From: Candidatus Thiodiazotropha sp.
GTDB lineage: Bacteria > Pseudomonadota > Gammaproteobacteria > Chromatiales > Chromatiaceae
Length of the DNA stretch: 64,000 nt
Direction: 5' to 3'
Assembly (NCBI GenBank): GCA_023838465.1
Contig: JAIVEQ010000022.1
Location: 1,428 to 65,427, forward strand
Shown here: positions 58,343-64,000 of the stretch, one piece after another
How the letters are laid out: every line of letters begins with the position of its first letter
Position numbering within the stretch: the stretch's first letter is position 1
Program-made: the position numbers and the translations under genes
The notes under the pieces: generated by a model
The model's input: the letters and a program-made list of their open reading frames with translations, nothing else
What the model was told of the DNA's origin: nothing
Database searches by the model: none

Positions 58343-58801
58343 AGAGTGGTTTCGGGCTGCTATGTGCTTCTATTTTTTTGTGGGGGGGAAGCCTAGCTTA
58401 AGCCTCCGATTGTGTTAGAGACAATACAGCAGATTCCATTTGGCTTCTATTCCTCACTGTCTCATCAGCCGGGTATTTTTTATCCTTGATTGCGGTCAGA
58501 AAATTGTTCTGGAATTAATTTCATGAAGTTAATTGATCGCCCACACTTGGGATAGCAAGTGTTGAATAGCATGAAAGCTGCGACATTTTAGTAGAAGTTA
58601 TTGATTGTACAAGCACTTGGTGCTAATTTTCCACTAGTATGCTTAGATACTTAAGTATCACCAGATTTCGATTATATGGTTCTTTTGTGAGGTTATTCTC
58701 AGACGATGTCTCTGCACTATCATAGCCTTATGCTAGATGCGGCAAAAGTGACGGGTTGGCATCGTCTTAGATTTTGGAAGGTTTCCATCAAGTGGCGATA
58801 G

Positions 58802-61138
58802 ATGCAAAGGCAAGACAACATTATTACATTCGGCTCAGCTGTGCCTCGTCGAAAAAACATCTCTCTTGACGTCAATGGACGGAGAATTGCGGCTGAGTGT
58901 CGCAATCTTGTTGTAAAGACGCTTCCCAAGCTGATGAGCGGCCTCTTCGATAACCTCGATGATGCTCTCTATGAGATGGCCAACAAATCAGAGAGTAACT
59001 CCCTACAGAACATCTATTTTGACTCGATGCGTGAATTAAGGAAGCAACGGGTTGGTATAGATCGCAGTTTCACTCAGGAAGTTCTACGTGCCTATGATCG
59101 CTATTGGGAAACGGGTGAGATAACCATCACTCAACCGACCCTCGACGAATTGAGTCGAGATTCAGAGATGGCGCTGGTTGACGATGAGGATTTAGAGGAT
59201 TCACTCGCAGTCACCAACATGGTGAGTAAGTCAGAAGGTCGTTTTTCCCGTGAGCTTTATGCTATGGGTCAACGCTTTGCCTATGTTATCGGCGGTGGAC
59301 AAGTGGATGAGAGGATCGCCCAACAGTCGCCACTGATGCCAGGTGTCATCTGCAATGCTTTCCAAATGGCAATGACCGATGTACCCGTTGAGTTGCCGGT
59401 CAAATTAGTGGTTTATAAATTGTTTGACCGCCATATCATGCACTACATCGGTGGTCTCTACGATGAGATTAATCTGTTGTTGGGCCGCGCTGGTGTGATA
59501 ACCAAGCTGACGCCTAAGGTACGCCGTAACCCAGTTGCTCCTGCACTTCGTGGCGATGGGGGGGAAAGCTTTCTGGCCAGCGACTCTTCTTACGTCAGCA
59601 CTTCATCTTCAATGCAAGCAGCAACCGCTGAAGAGCAGGTTCAGGCAGAGATTTTCTCCACTTTACAGCAGCTACTCGGTGTTCGGCGTGCAAACGCGAG
59701 TGCCGGCAGCAGCATGTTAGCTTCCAACCTGATGCTCAACCCACCAAACGGAAATGTGCCAATGGTGGACACTGGGGAACTGTTGGGTGTGCTCTCGGCA
59801 ATTCAGCAATCGAACGTTGTGATGTTGCCACAAGGTCGTCGGGTCAATCAGCCATTGAATCCGGACGAGATGCGGGCACGTTTGGTCAGTGATCTACAGA
59901 TTGCAAGGGATGGACAGATCACCCGGGCCCTCGGGGATGCTGATAATGACACCATTGATGTCATTTCCATGTTGTTTGAGTTTATCCTTGATGACTACAG
60001 CCTGCCAGATGCCATGAAGGCCCTGATCAGTCGACTACAGATACCCATGCTAAAGGTCGCCATCATTGATAAATCGTTTTTCAGCAAGAAGGTGCATCCT
60101 GCCAGGCGTCTATTGAATTCCTTGGCACAGGCCGCAGTGGGCTGGAATGACTCGGGGGATCGGGCCAACGATACTCTCTATAAGAAGATCGAGTCGATAG
60201 TAAAGCGGGTTTTAAATGAATTTCATGACGATCCAGGACTATTTGCGGAGCTTGATGATGATTTCACTGGCTGGTGGCAGAAAGAGCAACGTGGAGCGCA
60301 GATTGCAGAACAGCGCACCAATCAGATTACCAAAGGCAAGGAGCAACTCAGGTCAGCCAAGCAGATTGTATCTGAAGAGCTAAACCAACGATTGCGTAAT
60401 CAGCAGGTCATACCAGAGGCAGTGATGTCAATCCTGGAGGATGGCTGGAAGGACGTTTTGTTGCTTATCTATCTACGTGAAGGGGTAAAGAGTCAGGGAT
60501 GGGGTGAAGCGCTGGAGATTGTCGATAGACTACTGTGGAGCGTACAACCTAAGTCGGATTATGCCGAAAGACAGCAGCTGCTACGTGGAATTCCAGAGTT
60601 ATTGAGAAATATTCGCGAGCGATTGAATAGTATCTCTTTTGATCAGCATAAGATGGCTAAGTTGTTTAAAGAGCTACAGAACTGCCATATCGGTGTATTA
60701 CGTGGTGGCGATGTCAATCAGGTGCATACCGCAGGAACCCTGCCAATACCCCATCATGAAATCCACTTTCCTGACAGCCAGCTGGTAGGCGATCCCAATA
60801 GTCAGCTGCACCAGATGGCGGATGAGGCCATTAATGAACAGGATGAATTCACTCTGCAAGCGAAAGAATTGGAGACAGGTAACTGGTTGGAAATCGTTGA
60901 AGGTAACAGTAAGATCCGCATCAAACTCTCCTGGAAAAGCAAGGTGACGGATAACTATATTTTTGTAAATCGCAAAGGGATGAAGGCGATGGAGCTTACC
61001 ACCTCCGGTGTGGCAAAGCGCTTACGCGAGGGAACAGCGAAAAAAGAGGAGCTTTCTAATACACCTATAATGGATCGCGCCTTGGATGCCATGCTCGGAG
61101 CATTGAAAAATACCAGTTCAACATCTGCTTCTGCCTAG
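58802..61138 (+). CDS. DUF1631 family protein
   Basis: 778 aa helical protein with FEFILDD..LP, RLQIPMLKVA..D..FF....HPAR.LLN and C-terminal LSWKS...YIFVNRKG motifs; usual neighbour of ampD/nadC. Confidence 0.75.
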   Translation: MQRQDNIITFGSAVPRRKNISLDVNGRRIAAECRNLVVKTLPKLMSGLFDNLDDALYEMANKSESNSLQNIYFDSMRELRKQRVGIDRSFTQEVLRAYDRYWETGEITITQPTLDELSRDSEMALVDDEDLEDSLAVTNMVSKSEGRFSRELYAMGQRFAYVIGGGQVDERIAQQSPLMPGVICNAFQMAMTDVPVELPVKLVVYKLFDRHIMHYIGGLYDEINLLLGRAGVITKLTPKVRRNPVAPALRGDGGESFLASDSSYVSTSSSMQAATAEEQVQAEIFSTLQQLLGVRRANASAGSSMLASNLMLNPPNGNVPMVDTGELLGVLSAIQQSNVVMLPQGRRVNQPLNPDEMRARLVSDLQIARDGQITRALGDADNDTIDVISMLFEFILDDYSLPDAMKALISRLQIPMLKVAIIDKSFFSKKVHPARRLLNSLAQAAVGWNDSGDRANDTLYKKIESIVKRVLNEFHDDPGLFAELDDDFTGWWQKEQRGAQIAEQRTNQITKGKEQLRSAKQIVSEELNQRLRNQQVIPEAVMSILEDGWKDVLLLIYLREGVKSQGWGEALEIVDRLLWSVQPKSDYAERQQLLRGIPELLRNIRERLNSISFDQHKMAKLFKELQNCHIGVLRGGDVNQVHTAGTLPIPHHEIHFPDSQLVGDPNSQLHQMADEAINEQDEFTLQAKELETGNWLEIVEGNSKIRIKLSWKSKVTDNYIFVNRKGMKAMELTTSGVAKRLREGTAKKEELSNTPIMDRALDAMLGALKNTSSTSASA

Positions 61139-61305
61139 AATACTAGCAGTCAGTATCATTGACTCTCTATAAATCACAGTTATAAACTGCGTGCCATCAA
61201 ACATGGTTGATGCAGCCTCCATTTGTTCCGTATTACACCCGAGATGAAGCGATACATGCTTAAATCATCATGAAATTTTAAAAAAATGAGAGGGTTAAGT
61301 TTCCT

Positions 61306-61653
61306 ATGAGCGAAAAAATGACTGATTCCGGATTGAAATACGAAGATTTGAACGAAGGCACTGGTAGCCTGGCAGCCGCCGGGCAACGTGTCTCTGTTCA
61401 CTATACCGGGTGGCTAGTTGATGGCGATAAGTTTGACTCTTCAGTAGATCGTAACCAGCCTTTCGATTTTACCCTTGGTAAAGGCATGGTTATACAAGGA
61501 TGGGATGAGGGTGTCGCAGGAATGAAGGTGGGTGGCAAACGCAGGCTTACCATTCCGCCTCAGTTAGGTTATGGCGACAGAGGGGCAGGTGGTGTAATTC
61601 CTCCCAATGCCACACTGGTTTTCGATGTGGAATTATTATCAGTTTCTGAATGA
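61306..61653 (+). CDS. FKBP-type peptidyl-prolyl isomerase
   Basis: [39 protein letters not shown]. Confidence 0.95.
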   Translation: MSEKMTDSGLKYEDLNEGTGSLAAAGQRVSVHYTGWLVDGDKFDSSVDRNQPFDFTLGKGMVIQGWDEGVAGMKVGGKRRLTIPPQLGYGDRGAGGVIPPNATLVFDVELLSVSE

Positions 61654-62492
61654 ATGCCTTGCCAGATAGGGTGCTGATCAGTGAACAGGTCAGACAGGCA
61701 TTGTCTGAGGATCTCGGGAGTGGTGACCTGACTGCAGGAATGCTTGATGAGCATGCGATAGCTCAAGCAAAAATCATTTGTCGAGAGACAGCTGTGTTGT
61801 GCGGTGTGGCCTGGGTCAACGAAGTTTTTCATCAGTTGGATCAAACAATCGATATTGACTGGCGAGTTGAGGATGGAGATTCAATCTCACCAGGAGAGGT
61901 CCTCTGTTTGCTAGGTGGAAATAATCGTTCATTGTTGAGTGGTGAGCGTACAGCGCTAAACTATCTGCAGACACTTTCTGCTACTGCCACTATTGCTCGT
62001 CGATATACCGAAGCGGTGAGTGGAACCGGTGTAAAAATCCTGGATACGCGAAAAACAATTCCAGGGCTCAGGTTACAGCAGAAGTATGCGGTAACCTGTG
62101 GTGGTGGGCATAATCATCGGGTTGGCCTATATGACGCCATTCTCATCAAAGAGAATCATGTTCGAATTGCCGGTTCTATTGCTGCTGCGTTGCAGAAGGC
62201 CAAACAAACAGCACCCTCAGGTGTAAGTATCGAGATTGAGGTTGAATCGCTGCATGAGCTGCATGAGGCGCTCAAGGCAAATGCTGAAAGGATTTTGTTG
62301 GATAACTTCGACTTAACAATGCTCGCAGAAGCAGTAAAATTGAATGCAGGACAAGCGAGGCTTGAGGCTTCTGGGGGTGTGAATCTAGGAAGTGTCCGGG
62401 CTATTGCGGAGACAGGTGTGGATGATATCTCCGTGGGAGCATTAACCAAGGATATTCAGGCTGTGGATCTGTCGATGTTGTTTATTGGGTAG
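61650..62492 (+). CDS. nadC: Nicotinate-nucleotide pyrophosphorylase (carboxylating)
   Basis: [40 protein letters not shown]. Confidence 0.97.
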   Translation: MNALPDRVLISEQVRQALSEDLGSGDLTAGMLDEHAIAQAKIICRETAVLCGVAWVNEVFHQLDQTIDIDWRVEDGDSISPGEVLCLLGGNNRSLLSGERTALNYLQTLSATATIARRYTEAVSGTGVKILDTRKTIPGLRLQQKYAVTCGGGHNHRVGLYDAILIKENHVRIAGSIAAALQKAKQTAPSGVSIEIEVESLHELHEALKANAERILLDNFDLTMLAEAVKLNAGQARLEASGGVNLGSVRAIAETGVDDISVGALTKDIQAVDLSMLFIG

Positions 62493-62547
62493 ATTAACTA
62501 CTCAGTAGTGCTGACTCATTGGGTCGGTGATGGGTTATTTGTCTATA

Positions 62548-62784
62548 TTATACCCGCTCATCTATCAGGGTACCCAGTACATCATTGACAGTTTGTAGTG
62601 TCTTTACCTGCGCCTTGGTTTGGTTAGCATGTTGCTGTAGTTCGACCATGGCGCGAGAGAGGTCGGTAGGTTTGGCCTGATTGGTCTGCTGGGTATTGGC
62701 GATCCCTGACGCCACTCTACGCATCCCCTGGAATCCTTTTTGAATCCCCTGAAGTGCGGGTCCTGTGATTGAGTTAATGCCCAT
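62548..62784 (-). CDS. Small protein resembling fused N- and C-terminal helices of flagellar rod/hook proteins
   Basis: N-terminal ALQG...ASGIAN and C-terminal MVEL......A.VK.L.T...VLGTLID; SD AGAGG upstream. Confidence 0.6.
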   Translation of the reverse strand: MGINSITGPALQGIQKGFQGMRRVASGIANTQQTNQAKPTDLSRAMVELQQHANQTKAQVKTLQTVNDVLGTLIDERV

Positions 62785-62908
62785 AAGAAAGTCAGCTACC
62801 TCTACTTAAATGCTCTCTAACCGGTATGGTGGCAGATTTACCTGATTCTTTAGTTGATTAGTTCTCAAGCTTGGCATGTACCGTAGATTTAGAGAATCTG
62901 CTTCCCTC

Positions 62909-64000
62909 TTAGCTCCATTCATGGCGTGCCGGAAAGACTAAACGGGTGGTTGCGAAGAGGTGGTGATCAGAGGGTAATGCCCAATGACGGAAACTGGCAC
63001 GTCTTAGCATTTGCTGGGTATGCAGGCTACCGCCTCTTAATGCGAAGTGATTTTCATCAAATGCCTGGGCAGAGACCGAAGAATCGGGAAAGGGCTTGAA
63101 TTCCGGATAACTGTGGAAGGTGTTGCCGCACCACTCCCAAGCACGATTGGTTTGATCCAGTACTCCTGTACGTGTAGCCATCTCCCACTGATATTCGTGC
63201 TGTATGATAGCGCCTGAGTACTCGCCACCCTGTCTATCAACCCAGCAGCTGAAGGCGTGCGCTTCGTGAAGACAGATGCCGGTGACTGGTTCTTGAGGTG
63301 GAAGATGGGTGTGGCCGTTGATAGCCGTTTCGTACCAGCCATCATTCCCATCCTGGCGCCAATATTCAGGGTGTGAGCAGTTATGCTGTGCAAGCCATTG
63401 CTTGCCTTCATCACACCAAAGGGTATTGTCTGTATAACCACCATCCTGCATGAAAGCAAGATACTGGGCGTTCGAAACCGGGGATAATGCAATACGATAA
63501 CTACTCAGCTCGACAGCTTGAGGAGGCAATTCATTGTCATAGGCTCTGGGATCATCGCGTGCACCAATACGATAGTGGCCCTGGGAAAGCTCTTTGGTAT
63601 CCCACTGTGGGTTTTCGGCTATCAAGGGTTCGTTGCAGACAAAGTTTGGTTCTTGGATCTGTAGAGATCGCTGATTCAGAAGAATCAACATGCACTCGTA
63701 GAGCTTGGCCTGTTCCTGTAGTAGGAACCATACAATACGATCATTTTTGAGTATTGGATGATCAGGCAGTGCAGCAGGAGTGGCGAGTCGCCTCAAGTGC
63801 TCGTCATGAACCTCTGAACCCCAGTTAATCAGGTGGTTGACGGGTGGTAGTTGGGCACACTGCTGCTGTAAAGAAAGTTGGCCAGTCGAAAAAAGCTGAT
63901 TCACTCTAAGTGCCAGGTCATCATCACCTTCTAACTCTGCTCGCAGCCAATGGAGTTCCAAATAAACCCCTCGGCCGAAATACCAGTTTAACGAGGCAAG
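62909..64000 (-). CDS. EgtB/SUMF1 (FGE-sulfatase) family protein, partial (frame open to the right edge)
   Basis: DinB-like N-terminal part plus FGE domain (DNELP, PVSNAQYLAF..DGGY, P..WR, PVTGI..HEA..F..W, EYQWE.A, WEWC, LRGGS). The 13 codons upstream of the ORF-track start are open. Confidence 0.85.
   Translation of the reverse strand, partial: LASLNWYFGRGVYLELHWLRAELEGDDDLALRVNQLFSTGQLSLQQQCAQLPPVNHLINWGSEVHDEHLRRLATPAALPDHPILKNDRIVWFLLQEQAKLYECMLILLNQRSLQIQEPNFVCNEPLIAENPQWDTKELSQGHYRIGARDDPRAYDNELPPQAVELSSYRIALSPVSNAQYLAFMQDGGYTDNTLWCDEGKQWLAQHNCSHPEYWRQDGNDGWYETAINGHTHLPPQEPVTGICLHEAHAFSCWVDRQGGEYSGAIIQHEYQWEMATRTGVLDQTNRAWEWCGNTFHSYPEFKPFPDSSVSAQAFDENHFALRGGSLHTQQMLRRASFRHWALPSDHHLFATTRLVFPARHEWS

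Noticed and set aside
62785-62908. Sigma28 promoter upstream of the mini flagellar-like gene
   Set aside because: The best match has TAAA but only 4/8 of GCCGATAA at the right spacing.

Overview
This is a gammaproteobacterial chromosomal window of roughly 48-50% GC (by eye). Gene content suggests a Chromatiales/Sedimenticola-like organism, but that is an inference only. Left (1-14.4 kb, minus strand): an accessory block with a DOMON/EB_dh-type secreted protein, two hybrid histidine kinases, a REC-HD-GYP regulator and a PAS protein. It also holds a multiply inactivated Cache-PAS-EAL pseudogene and a LolA-like + 2 permease + ATPase ABC system. 14.8-19.9 kb (minus): TPR lipoprotein-ispE-tRNA-Gln-prs-rplY-pth, with no lolB. 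20.1-52.0 kb (plus): the complete uninterrupted translation/transcription superoperon (tRNA-Tyr/Gly/Thr, tuf, tRNA-Trp, secE-nusG, rplKAJL, rpoBC, str with a second apparently identical tuf, S10, spc and alpha operons). Right (52-64 kb): an orphan b-type cytochrome, a TrmH-family methylase and a TGA-interrupted small membrane-protein gene with a CRP-like site. Next come phosphatase-ampE-ampD, a DUF1538x2/PII-like/CBS cassette, DUF1631, FKBP-nadC, a mini flagellar-rod-like protein and an EgtB/SUMF1-like protein lacking its iron ligands. No CRISPR array, rRNA, transposase or integrase was seen. Domain calls come from motif recognition by eye, not database searches.
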